14,449 nt of DNA from a bacterium. GTDB lineage: Bacteria > SZUA-182 > DTGQ01 > JAFGSM01. The notes under the pieces were generated by a model that was given only the letters and a program-made list of their open reading frames with translations, ran no database searches and was not told the DNA's origin. Below, one piece after another: positions 1-8,536 of the stretch. The position numbers and the translations under genes are program-made. Numbering within the stretch: position 1 is the first letter of the stretch; each line of letters opens with the position of its first letter. The DNA is taken from contig JBLIRO010000106.1 in the NCBI GenBank assembly GCA_049472335.1, forward strand, positions 1-14,449. Direction: 5' to 3'.

Positions 1-142
1 ATATCCTTGGATGATAGCAAAAAGCCTTACGAGACGTCAAGGGGAAGAAAAGGAATTTATTGCCTTAAAGATTGCAATCTCATTGATTTTTGGTTAGACT
101 TTAAACCAAAAAAACGGATTATTACTAAAAGGAGAAATAGAA

Positions 143-1228
143 ATGAAAAGAGCGCTAATAACCGGGGTAACAGGTCAGGATGGGGCGTATTTGTCAGAGT
201 TTCTGCTTAAAAAGGGATACTGTGTTCACGGAATCAAACGCAGGGCATCTCTTTTTAATACAGACCGGGTAGACCAGCTTTACCGTGATCCGCATGAGAA
301 GGATGTCTCCTTTTTTATGCATTACGGTGACATGACCGATTCCACCAATCTGATAAGGATAATCCAGGAGGTTAAACCCGAAGAGATTTACAACCTGGCG
401 GCTCAAAGTCATGTAAAGGTGTCCTTCGAGACCCCGGAATATACAGCCAATTCAGATGCACTGGGCACTCTTCGTATCCTGGAGGCATTGCGTATTTTGG
501 GAATGACAGGTCATGTAAAGTTTTATCAGGCTTCAAGTAGTGAGCTGTACGGATTGGTTCAGGAGACTCCTCAGACAGAAAAAACCCCCTTCTATCCCAG
601 AAGCCCTTACGGGGTGGCAAAGCTTTATTCATATTGGATTACAGTTAACTATAGGGAGGCTTACAATATCTTTGCCTGCAACGGGATACTTTTTAATCAC
701 GAATCCCCTGTCAGGGGTGAGACGTTTGTTACGCGAAAAATCACGAGAGGAGTGGCAAGAATAAAGCTGGGCCTGCAGGAGAAACTTTTCCTGGGTAATC
801 TTGACGCGCGCCGGGATTGGGGATACGCCCCTGATTATGTTCGTGCCATGTGGCTCATATTACAGCAGGAAAAACCTGATGATTATGTTATAGCCACAGG
901 TGAGAATCACTCTGTGCGGGAATTCGTTGAAAAGGCATTTTCAGAGATTGGGATGCAGATTACATGGGAAGGCAATATTGTCAATGAAAAGGGGATAGAG
1001 CCGGAAACCGGAAAGGTAAGGGTGGAGATAGATCCACGCTATTTCAGACCCACAGAGGTGGATTCCTTGCTCGGAGATGCAACCAAGGCAAGGGAAAAGC
1101 TGGGCTGGGAGCCGAAAGTGGGTTTCGATGATCTGGTCAAAATCATGGTAACAGAGGACTTGAAGGAGGCGGAAAGGGACCATTTATGCCATCGCGCCGG
1201 TTTCAAGGTTTTTAACTATCATGAATAA
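143..1228 (+). CDS. gmd: GDP-mannose 4,6-dehydratase
   Basis: 361 aa. N-terminal [14 protein letters not shown]ossmann motif, [29 protein letters not shown] (YxxxK), [24 protein letters not shown] upstream. Confidence 0.98.
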   Translation: MKRALITGVTGQDGAYLSEFLLKKGYCVHGIKRRASLFNTDRVDQLYRDPHEKDVSFFMHYGDMTDSTNLIRIIQEVKPEEIYNLAAQSHVKVSFETPEYTANSDALGTLRILEALRILGMTGHVKFYQASSSELYGLVQETPQTEKTPFYPRSPYGVAKLYSYWITVNYREAYNIFACNGILFNHESPVRGETFVTRKITRGVARIKLGLQEKLFLGNLDARRDWGYAPDYVRAMWLILQQEKPDDYVIATGENHSVREFVEKAFSEIGMQITWEGNIVNEKGIEPETGKVRVEIDPRYFRPTEVDSLLGDATKAREKLGWEPKVGFDDLVKIMVTEDLKEAERDHLCHRAGFKVFNYHE

Positions 1229-1288
1229 ATAGGGACAGGTGCCTTGTTTTTAATGATTAATATATAAGCACAAGGAATGATTTAACAG

Positions 1289-2221
1289 ATGGATAAGGAA
1301 AGCCGAATTTACCTGGCAGGACATACCGGCCTTGTCGGATCGAATATTGAACGAAGGCTCCGTCAGTCCGGTTATCATAGACTTATTTTAAAGACCCGGA
1401 AACAGCTTGATTTGATTAGGCAAACCGAGGTGGAGGAGTTTTTTAAAACCGAGCGGCCCGATTATGTAATCCTGGCTGCTGCCCGTGTCGGTGGCATCCG
1501 GGCCAATGATACATACCCTGCGGAGTTTATTTACCAGAACCTGATGATACAGACGAATATCATACACGAGGCCTATATCTCCGGAGTGAAAAAACTCCTC
1601 TTTCTGGGCAGCTCATGTATTTATCCCAAGCTGGCTCATCAGCCTATCAGAGAGGAATCCTTGCTTGATGGTAAACTTGAGCCCACTAATGAATCCTATG
1701 CGGTTGCAAAGATTGCGGGTATAAAGATGTGTCAGGCATACAACCGGCAATACGGGACCCGTTTCATATCGGTTATGCCGACAAATCTCTACGGACCTAA
1801 TGATAATTTTGATCTTGAGACGTCCCATGCCTTGCCTGCACTAATAGCAAAGATCTATAGGGCAAAGACTGAAGAAATGCCTGAGGTGGTCCTCTGGGGC
1901 ACAGGGAAAGCAAGGCGGGAATTCCTCTGTGCGGAAGACTTGGCAGATGCATGCCTTTTTTTAATGGATTGCTATGAAGACTCTGAACCCATAAATGTAG
2001 GTGTGGGCGAGGATATAACTATAGAGGATCTGGCCCTGATAATCAAAGAAGAGGTTGGATATGAAGGCCGGATTACCTTTGACCACATACACCCTGACGG
2101 CACGCCTCAAAAATTGCTTGATATATCCAGGATTACAGACCTGGGATGGAGCGCCGGAACAAGCCTGCGAGATGGTATTCGCCTGACCGTTAATTGGTAC
2201 TTTGAGAATAAGTCAAGCTGA
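1289..2221 (+). CDS. fcl: GDP-L-fucose synthase (GDP-4-keto-6-deoxy-D-mannose epimerase/reductase)
   Basis: 310 aa. GHTGLVGS, AAARVGGIRAN, FLGSSCIYPK, EPTNESYAVAK, MPTNLYGPNDNF, WGTGKARREFL, PDGTPQKLLD. Directly follows gmd. Confidence 0.97.
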   Translation: MDKESRIYLAGHTGLVGSNIERRLRQSGYHRLILKTRKQLDLIRQTEVEEFFKTERPDYVILAAARVGGIRANDTYPAEFIYQNLMIQTNIIHEAYISGVKKLLFLGSSCIYPKLAHQPIREESLLDGKLEPTNESYAVAKIAGIKMCQAYNRQYGTRFISVMPTNLYGPNDNFDLETSHALPALIAKIYRAKTEEMPEVVLWGTGKARREFLCAEDLADACLFLMDCYEDSEPINVGVGEDITIEDLALIIKEEVGYEGRITFDHIHPDGTPQKLLDISRITDLGWSAGTSLRDGIRLTVNWYFENKSS

Positions 2222-3780
2222 TGATTTCACGTTTATACAGCGGGACATTGCTCGGGATAGACGCCCATCCTGTCGAAGTTCAGGTGGACCTGGCCAGGGG
2301 GCTTCCCCTTTTCAACACTGTAGGCCTTCCCGATACTGCTGTAAAGGAGAGCAGGGACAGGGTCAAGGCGGCCTTGAACAATTCCGGATTTAAGTTCCCT
2401 TTAAACAGGATTACTATCAATCTTGCCCCCGCGGATATCCGAAAGGAAGGGACTGCCTTCGACCTCCCAATATCTCTGGGTATATTGGCTGCACAGGGGA
2501 TGATCCCTCAGGATGCCCTCAACAAATATCTGATTGTAGGGGAATTGGCGCTTGATGGCCGGATTTGTCCTGTCCGGGGAGCGCTTTCCCTGGCCATGAC
2601 AGCCCGTGATCTTTCCAAGGGGCTTCTTCTTCCTGCCATTAATATTAATGAGGCTGCCATAGTAAGGGAAACCCCTGTCTTTCCCCTTGAAAACCTCCCC
2701 CAGGCAGTGAGCTTTTTGAACGGTGAGGTTGATATTTCCCGGCATATGATAGATATTGATGGCCTGTGGGAAAGCAAACGGCAGGATCTTATGGATTTTT
2801 CCGAGGTGAAGGGGCAGGAATACGCAAAGAGGGCGCTTGAGGTGGCTGCGGCAGGCGGGCATAATATCCTGATGCTGGGGCCGCCCGGATCAGGCAAGAC
2901 CATGCTCGCAAAAAGACTCCCCACCATATTGCCTGTTCTGAGTCTTGAGGAGGCCATTGCCACTACCAGGATACATAGTTGTGCCGGCTTGATACCTCCT
3001 AACCAGGCATTGATTGTTGAACGGCCATTCCGGTCCCCGCACCATACCATTACAAGGGCCGGCATGATAGGCGGGGGAGGGATTCCCAGACCCGGAGAGG
3101 TGTCACTCGCACACAACGGTATACTCTTTCTGGATGAGATGCCCGAGTTTAAACGGGAGATATTAGAGCTTCTCAGACAACCCCTGGAGGACAGAAAAGT
3201 TACAATCGCGCGCTCGGCCGTGAGCCTTAGCTTTCCTTCGCAGTTTGTGCTCGCCAGCGCCATGAATCCCTGCCCCTGCGGGTTTTATAGTCATCCCCAA
3301 AAGGAATGCAGATGCACCCCTCTGCAGATAAGAAACTACCTTGGCCGCATCTCCGGCCCCCTCCTGGACCGCATTGACATCCATATAGAGGTCCCACCGA
3401 TACCATATCAAGACCTAACCTCCGAACGAACCGGTGAGCCTTCATCCGTAATTAGAAAACGTGTAGACAAGGCAAGAAAAAAACAGCTTAAAAGATACGG
3501 CAAATCAACGAAGAAGAAAAAAGACAAAGGCGGGCAGATCTTTTCGAACGCCCAGCTCGGTCCTAGACTGATAAAAGAATTCTGCCCTCTTGATAAGGAA
3601 TCAAAGGATTTGCTGCACACGGCGATATCACGTTTAGGATTAAGCGCACGGGCCTATGACAGAATCATCAAGGTAGCAAGAACCATTGCAGACCTCGCGG
3701 ACTCAGAGGATATCCGGCCTGAACATATCTCAGAGGCCATACAATACCGGAGCCTGGACAGGGATTTCTGGGGGGAGTGA
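2221..3780 (+). CDS. comM: ComM/YifB family Mg-chelatase-like AAA+ ATPase (intact)
   Basis: 519 aa. VGLPDTAVKESRDRV, RITINLAPADIRKEG, Walker A GPPGSGKT, RPFRSPHHT, PGEVSLAHNGILFLDE, MNPCPCG, SGPLLDRID, SARAYDRIIKVARTIADL. Its ATG overlaps the fcl stop (TGATG). Confidence 0.97.
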   Translation: MISRLYSGTLLGIDAHPVEVQVDLARGLPLFNTVGLPDTAVKESRDRVKAALNNSGFKFPLNRITINLAPADIRKEGTAFDLPISLGILAAQGMIPQDALNKYLIVGELALDGRICPVRGALSLAMTARDLSKGLLLPAININEAAIVRETPVFPLENLPQAVSFLNGEVDISRHMIDIDGLWESKRQDLMDFSEVKGQEYAKRALEVAAAGGHNILMLGPPGSGKTMLAKRLPTILPVLSLEEAIATTRIHSCAGLIPPNQALIVERPFRSPHHTITRAGMIGGGGIPRPGEVSLAHNGILFLDEMPEFKREILELLRQPLEDRKVTIARSAVSLSFPSQFVLASAMNPCPCGFYSHPQKECRCTPLQIRNYLGRISGPLLDRIDIHIEVPPIPYQDLTSERTGEPSSVIRKRVDKARKKQLKRYGKSTKKKKDKGGQIFSNAQLGPRLIKEFCPLDKESKDLLHTAISRLGLSARAYDRIIKVARTIADLADSEDIRPEHISEAIQYRSLDRDFWGE

Positions 3781-3803
3781 ATTATAAGTATAACTGAATA
3801 TCT
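3271..3803 (+). repeat. Direct repeat copy 1: comM 3' end (CPCG codons to stop, plus ~23 bp downstream)
   Basis: 3271-3780 aligns without gaps to 12636-13145 (offset 9,365), with 41 mismatches in 510 nt by manual count. A 20/23 match continues past the stop codon. Confidence 0.97.
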
Positions 3804-4059
3804 TTTTACAACTGATCATCCAGAGTTTAAAAACCAGACTTAAAAATGTATCATAATTTTTGAATAGGCTTTTCAACCTCTTCTGTTTTTTACTCCTTCC
3901 CTCTCTTTACCATTTAAGCAGAAACTAACGGTTTCATTTTTGAAATAACATAAAAAATGATTAAAGTAAAGACTACTTTATCTATTTATAAATCAATGGG
4001 AAAAATGAATATTACTTATTTTAGTTCAGATGATAATTAGGCAATTTTAGGAGGGAGCT

Positions 4060-4477
4060 ATAAAAAGGCTTTTTATTTTAACCAGTTTTTTTGGCAGTAA
4101 TATCGGTTTTGTCAGCTTATATTCCTAATGCGATAGCTGCAGAGATGCATATTTATCCTGGAGGGAGTATTCAAGAAGCTATTAATGTTTCCAGTAATTG
4201 GGGATGTAATCATTGTACACCAGGGACTTATGTGGAGAATATTGACTTTTTGGGTAAAGCCACCACCGTGAGGAGTACGAATCCTAATGATTTAGAAATA
4301 GTACATTCTACCATTATTAATGTAAACAGTTTTGGAAGTGCTGTTATTTTTTCTAATGAAGAGGGAACTAATTCAATATTAAGCGGGATTACTGTAGGGA
4401 ATGGGCGGGCTAAATATGAGACAGATTATCCTGTTTTTGTTGACGGTGGTATTTATTGTTCTTTTTCCTCTCCAACG
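4060..4477 (+). pseudogene. Decayed secreted protein, N-terminus of the right-handed beta-helix/pectin-lyase-like type
   Basis: RBS GGAGGGAG is followed by ATA (4060) instead of ATG. Removing one T from the T7 run (4086-4092) restores the signal peptide KRLFILTSFLAVISVLSAYIPNAIA. SIQEAIN..PGTYVENIDFLGKA..GGIYCSFSSPT motifs are present, and GDVIIV is in a shifted frame at 4200-4217. Family-like sequence stops near 4477, although the open frame runs to 4585. Confidence 0.72.
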
Positions 4478-4496
4478 AACGATAAATATTGGTTCC

Positions 4497-4524
4497 TTGA
4501 CATTAATAAAAAGATAGCTATAAT
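4497..4524 (+). promoter_or_regulatory. Consensus sigma70-type promoter TTGACA-N16-TATAAT
   Basis: TTGACA at 4497-4502 and TATAAT at 4519-4524, with AT-rich flanks. It faces hdrA, about 480 bp downstream. Confidence 0.6.
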
Positions 4525-5007
4525 TAAATCAGAGGTAAATGTTCTTTTAAAATTATATAGTTATGGATTTGAATATTCAGGCTGATATAAGTATCACCTA
4601 TTATACATTTCTGATTAGATTTCAAACTGATCTATTCTGTTTTCCTTTTCATATTTGCAAGGAAGGTCCTCTTAGCTCACAATGTCCTCTGCCTCTTTTT
4701 TTTGCATTAGCTATAATATAATTTTTCCCATTATGGAGATCATGGTTCGATATATATAATTAAGAAAAACAAGGAAGTAATGTTCATAATTAAAATTACC
4801 ATCAAATTTTCCCACTTTTCCTGAGCTTATTGTTTTAGCTGAATAAAAATAAATAATCAAAGAAAATCACTTAATGTTAGAGACAATAATAGTAAGTTAT
4901 ACAATAGATATTGGGTGATTTTAAACAAAAAATTTGATACTGCCTTTATAAAGTGAGTCGCAAAAACCGTTACATTCCTTCAGTCCAATTATAGTGAGGT
5001 GAATTGA

Positions 5008-6993
5008 ATGGAAGTAACAAAAGGAGTGGCCCGGATAGGTGTTTATATCTGTCAATGCGGTACAAATATAGCAGGTATAATAGATCCAGAAGTTGTCACC
5101 CAGTATACCATGGGCCTGCCAAATGTTACTATCACCCGTTACCACAAATATATGTGCTCCAGTCCCGGACAAGAACTTATCTATCAGGATGTTCATAAGC
5201 ATAAACTGAATCGGATCATAGTGGCTGCATGTTCGCCATTATTGCATGAGAAGATGTTTCGGAATGTAGTTGATAGAAGTGGATTAAATTCGTTCACCTT
5301 TCATATGGTGAATATTCGTGAACAGGTGGCATGGGTCCACGATGACAGAGAAGCAGCTACGGCAAAAGCAAAAAATTTAATCCGGGCCGCGGTCTACCGG
5401 ATCGTCTTTCACAAGCCCTTAGAACAGAAACGAGTGGGTATCCATCCCGACGTACTGGTTGTTGGGGGGGGCATTGCTGGTATCCACGCAGCCCTAACCA
5501 TAGCCAATGCAGGTCGCCATGTTTATCTGATAGAACGAGAGCCTGCTATTGGTGGACACATGGCCAAGTATGACAAAACCTTCCCCACCCTAGACTGTGC
5601 AGCCTGCATTCTCACACCAAAAATGACATTGATTAAAACCCATCCAAATATCACCCTCTGGACCTATTCTGAAATCAAGAAGGCAGAAGGCTATGTAGGT
5701 AGCTACAAGGTACAGGTAAAACGCAGGCCACGGTATATAAACGAAGATCTATGCGTTGGCTGTATGGAATGTATAAAAGCGTGCGTCTATAAGGAACCTC
5801 GATTTCCGAACGAATTCGATCTGGGATTAGGTAAGCGTAAACCTATATATATTCCATTTCCTCAGGCAGTGCCACAGATTCCAACAATCGATGCGGAAAC
5901 CTGCATCCAACTCAAATCAGGTAAATGCAAGCAGCCTTGTGCAACTGCTTGTGGTGAATGTAATGCAGTTGATTTTGAGCAAGAGGAGGCGATCGAAGAG
6001 ATCGAAATTGGGGCCATCATTATCTCCACAGGTTTCAAGACCTTTGATCCCATCCGCATCCCTCGTTACGGCTATGGTGCCTTTCCAAACATTTACACTG
6101 CCATGGAGGTGGAACGGTTGATCAATGCATCAGGTCCCACAAGCGGAAAATTGATTTTACAAAATGGGCAGAAACCAAAGAAGGTTGGAATTATCCATTG
6201 CGTGGGGTCCAGGGACGTAAACGCCAATCAGTGGTGTTCACGTGTGTGCTGCATGTATTCTTTTAAATTAGCTCACCTTATAAAAGAACATACAAAGGCT
6301 GAAATCTACAATTTTTACATGGACATCAGGTCGCCAGGTAAAAGCATGGAGGAATTCTACAATCGGGTTTCTGGTGAGGGTGTCCATTTCATTCGCGGAA
6401 GAGTGGCAGAGGTTGTTATGGAGGATTCCGCCGATAACATTGACAGGCTCATTCTCCAAGTGGAGGATACTCTTATCGGGCGGGCTCTGAGAATTCCATT
6501 GGACATGGTGGTCCTGGCGGTGGGCATGGAGCCCCGACAGGATGCACAGGATATCTGTAGGATGTTTAAAATACCATGCTCAACTGAGGGCTTCCACCTC
6601 GAGCTGCATCCAAAATTGGCCCCGGTAAATACCTTAACCGAAGGAATTTTCCTTGCTGGCTGCTGTCAGGGGCCCAAGGATATCCCAGATACCGTAACGC
6701 AAGCAGGTGCTGCAGCCAGCGAAGTCCTGGCCCTAATCGATACCGGTTATATAGAACAGGAACCTTATACTGCAAATATCATAGAAGAGGAGTGCTCCGG
6801 CTGCAAGACTTGTATTCCACTTTGTCCTTACAGTGCCATTGTTCATGATAGAAAAAAAGGAAAAGCTTTTATCGAGGAGGTCCTTTGCAGAGGCTGCGGA
6901 GTATGTGTTTCTGCCTGTCCTTCAGGCAGTATTAAGCAGAAACTCTTTGAAGATGAGCAGATCTTCAGTGAGATTGAGGGGATATTAGATTAA
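5008..6993 (+). CDS. hdrA: Heterodisulfide reductase subunit A (FAD/Fe-S, electron-bifurcating type)
   Basis: 661 aa. IGVYICQCGTNIAG, YMCS..GQ, AACSP, GGGIAG FAD motif, KTFPTLDCAACILTPKM, inserted ferredoxin motifs, HCVGSRD..CSRVCCMYS, GCCQGPKDIP and a C-terminal 2[4Fe-4S] domain. RBS GAGGTG. Confidence 0.96.
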   Translation: MEVTKGVARIGVYICQCGTNIAGIIDPEVVTQYTMGLPNVTITRYHKYMCSSPGQELIYQDVHKHKLNRIIVAACSPLLHEKMFRNVVDRSGLNSFTFHMVNIREQVAWVHDDREAATAKAKNLIRAAVYRIVFHKPLEQKRVGIHPDVLVVGGGIAGIHAALTIANAGRHVYLIEREPAIGGHMAKYDKTFPTLDCAACILTPKMTLIKTHPNITLWTYSEIKKAEGYVGSYKVQVKRRPRYINEDLCVGCMECIKACVYKEPRFPNEFDLGLGKRKPIYIPFPQAVPQIPTIDAETCIQLKSGKCKQPCATACGECNAVDFEQEEAIEEIEIGAIIISTGFKTFDPIRIPRYGYGAFPNIYTAMEVERLINASGPTSGKLILQNGQKPKKVGIIHCVGSRDVNANQWCSRVCCMYSFKLAHLIKEHTKAEIYNFYMDIRSPGKSMEEFYNRVSGEGVHFIRGRVAEVVMEDSADNIDRLILQVEDTLIGRALRIPLDMVVLAVGMEPRQDAQDICRMFKIPCSTEGFHLELHPKLAPVNTLTEGIFLAGCCQGPKDIPDTVTQAGAAASEVLALIDTGYIEQEPYTANIIEEECSGCKTCIPLCPYSAIVHDRKKGKAFIEEVLCRGCGVCVSACPSGSIKQKLFEDEQIFSEIEGILD

Positions 6994-7026
6994 TATGTAA
7001 TAAACAGTCTGGTAAAAGGAGATATA

Positions 7027-7548
7027 ATGATGAAAAGAGAACAGGCCAAGGATATAGTGGCCTTTGGAGAGTGGGAACCAAAGATTGTCGCCTTTTTCTG
7101 CAACTGGTGTAGCTACAAAGCTGCGGACCTTGCGGGTGTATCCCGGATGAAATACGCCCCCAATGTCCATATAATCCGATTAATATGTTCCGGCCGGATT
7201 GATCCACAATTCGTTCTGAATGCCTTTTCCAAAGGGGCTGACGGAGTCCTTATTAGTGGCTGCCACCCTGGTGACTGCCATTACATGGAAGGGAATTATA
7301 AAGCTATGCGGCGAGACAGGCTATTAAGGCGGATGCTTAAAGATATGGGGTTCGAAGATGGCCGCCTTTATTTAGAATGGATATCCGCCTCAGAATCTGA
7401 AAAAGTACAATGGGCAATGAACAACATAATAAAAAAAGTGCGAATTCTGGGGCCTTTGAATCTGCCTGAAAACTTCGAAAAATGGGACCGAGAAATTCAT
7501 CGGGTGAATGTGGAAATGACAAAGGAGGTGATGGGAACTGGCTGCTGA
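7027..7548 (+). CDS. mvhD: Methyl-viologen-reducing hydrogenase delta subunit ([2Fe-2S])
   Basis: 173 aa. EPKIVAFFCNWCSYKAADLAG, CSGRIDP, GADGVLISGCHPGDCHY, LEWISASE. RBS AAGGAG. The start could be either of two tandem ATGs. Confidence 0.95.
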   Translation: MMKREQAKDIVAFGEWEPKIVAFFCNWCSYKAADLAGVSRMKYAPNVHIIRLICSGRIDPQFVLNAFSKGADGVLISGCHPGDCHYMEGNYKAMRRDRLLRRMLKDMGFEDGRLYLEWISASESEKVQWAMNNIIKKVRILGPLNLPENFEKWDREIHRVNVEMTKEVMGTGC

Positions 7549-8515
7549 GAAAGCAAAAATTGCATTTTATTGGTGTGCATCCTGCGGGGGATGTGAAGAA
7601 TCTGTGGTTGATCTTGCAGAGTATATTTTTGATCTTGTTAATAGCGTGGATATCGTCTTCTGGCCTGTTGCATTAGACTTTAAAAAGAAAGACGTGGAAG
7701 CAATGTCTGATAGGTCTATTCTGGCGACTATGATCAATGGTGCCATCCGGACATCGGAACAGGAGGAGATGGCAAGGCTGCTACGCTTTAAAAGCAAAAT
7801 CGTTATTGCTTTCGGTGCCTGCGCCCATTTAGGGGGCGTACCGAGCCTCACAAACCAGTTTGAGAGAGAGAAAATTTTGGAATATATATATATAGGTGCA
7901 CCTACCATGGTGAATGAACAAAAGACACTTCCTGAACTGCAGCATTGGGATAATGGTCGTATGGTTACTCTTCCGGAATTTCGCAATATTGTCCGCAGTC
8001 TCGATCAGGTAGTGGATGTGGATTATTACCTTCCCGGATGCCCTCCCACACCCAAACTTTTGAAAAAGGCCTTATCAACGATCCTTTCAAGAGAATTGCC
8101 TCCTAAAGGGACCATTCTCGCTCCTAATATTAGTCTTTGCAGTGAATGCCCTAGAATTGAAGGCAAGCCCCAGGATTTGGCTATTTCTGAGTTCAAACGG
8201 CCCCATCGGACTCATCTTGATCCACAAAAATGCTTTCTGACCCAGGGGATTGTCTGTATTGGTCCTGCGACCAGAGGAGGTTGTGAAGCCTTATGCATCC
8301 AGGGTAATATGCCGTGTACTGGCTGTTTTGGCCCCACATCCCATGTTAAGGATCAGGGAGCAAAGATTCTCTCCGCGCTTGCTTCCTCTGTGAGTGCAAA
8401 GAACGAAAACGAGATTGATGAGGTGCTTTCAGGCATCCCTGACCCCGTTGGCAGCTTTTATAGGTATGGACTGGCTAAATCCTTGCTTCGAGGGAAACAA
8501 ATGGGTAAGAAATAA
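7538..8515 (+). CDS. mvhG: [NiFe]-hydrogenase small subunit, MvhG type; probable CTG start
   Basis: The frame extends upstream of the track's 7604 start through KAKIAFYWCASCGGCEES, the essential CxxCxxC motif. An in-frame TGA at 7529 bounds it, and CTG 7538 follows the SD AAGGAGGTGAT. Also FGACAHLGG, YYLPGCPP, C-x2-C, CIGPATRGGCEALC, PCTGCFG. Confidence 0.93.
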   Translation: MAAEKAKIAFYWCASCGGCEESVVDLAEYIFDLVNSVDIVFWPVALDFKKKDVEAMSDRSILATMINGAIRTSEQEEMARLLRFKSKIVIAFGACAHLGGVPSLTNQFEREKILEYIYIGAPTMVNEQKTLPELQHWDNGRMVTLPEFRNIVRSLDQVVDVDYYLPGCPPTPKLLKKALSTILSRELPPKGTILAPNISLCSECPRIEGKPQDLAISEFKRPHRTHLDPQKCFLTQGIVCIGPATRGGCEALCIQGNMPCTGCFGPTSHVKDQGAKILSALASSVSAKNENEIDEVLSGIPDPVGSFYRYGLAKSLLRGKQMGKK

Positions 8516-8536
8516 TACAGGAGAGGTACAGAAATT

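Noticed and set aside
69..80. Perfect 12-bp palindrome AGATTGCAATCT upstream of gmd
   Set aside because: A single occurrence with no recognisable regulator motif. One such palindrome is expected by chance in 14 kb.
7..210. 67-aa ORF at the window start
   Set aside because: It overlaps gmd out of frame and has no motifs. It may be the tail of an upstream gene but cannot be identified.
2401..3263. Long minus-strand ORFs (153 and 251 aa) and similar antisense ORFs within gmd, hdrA, mvhG and mvhA
   Set aside because: They lie fully opposite well-supported genes and have no recognisable motifs.
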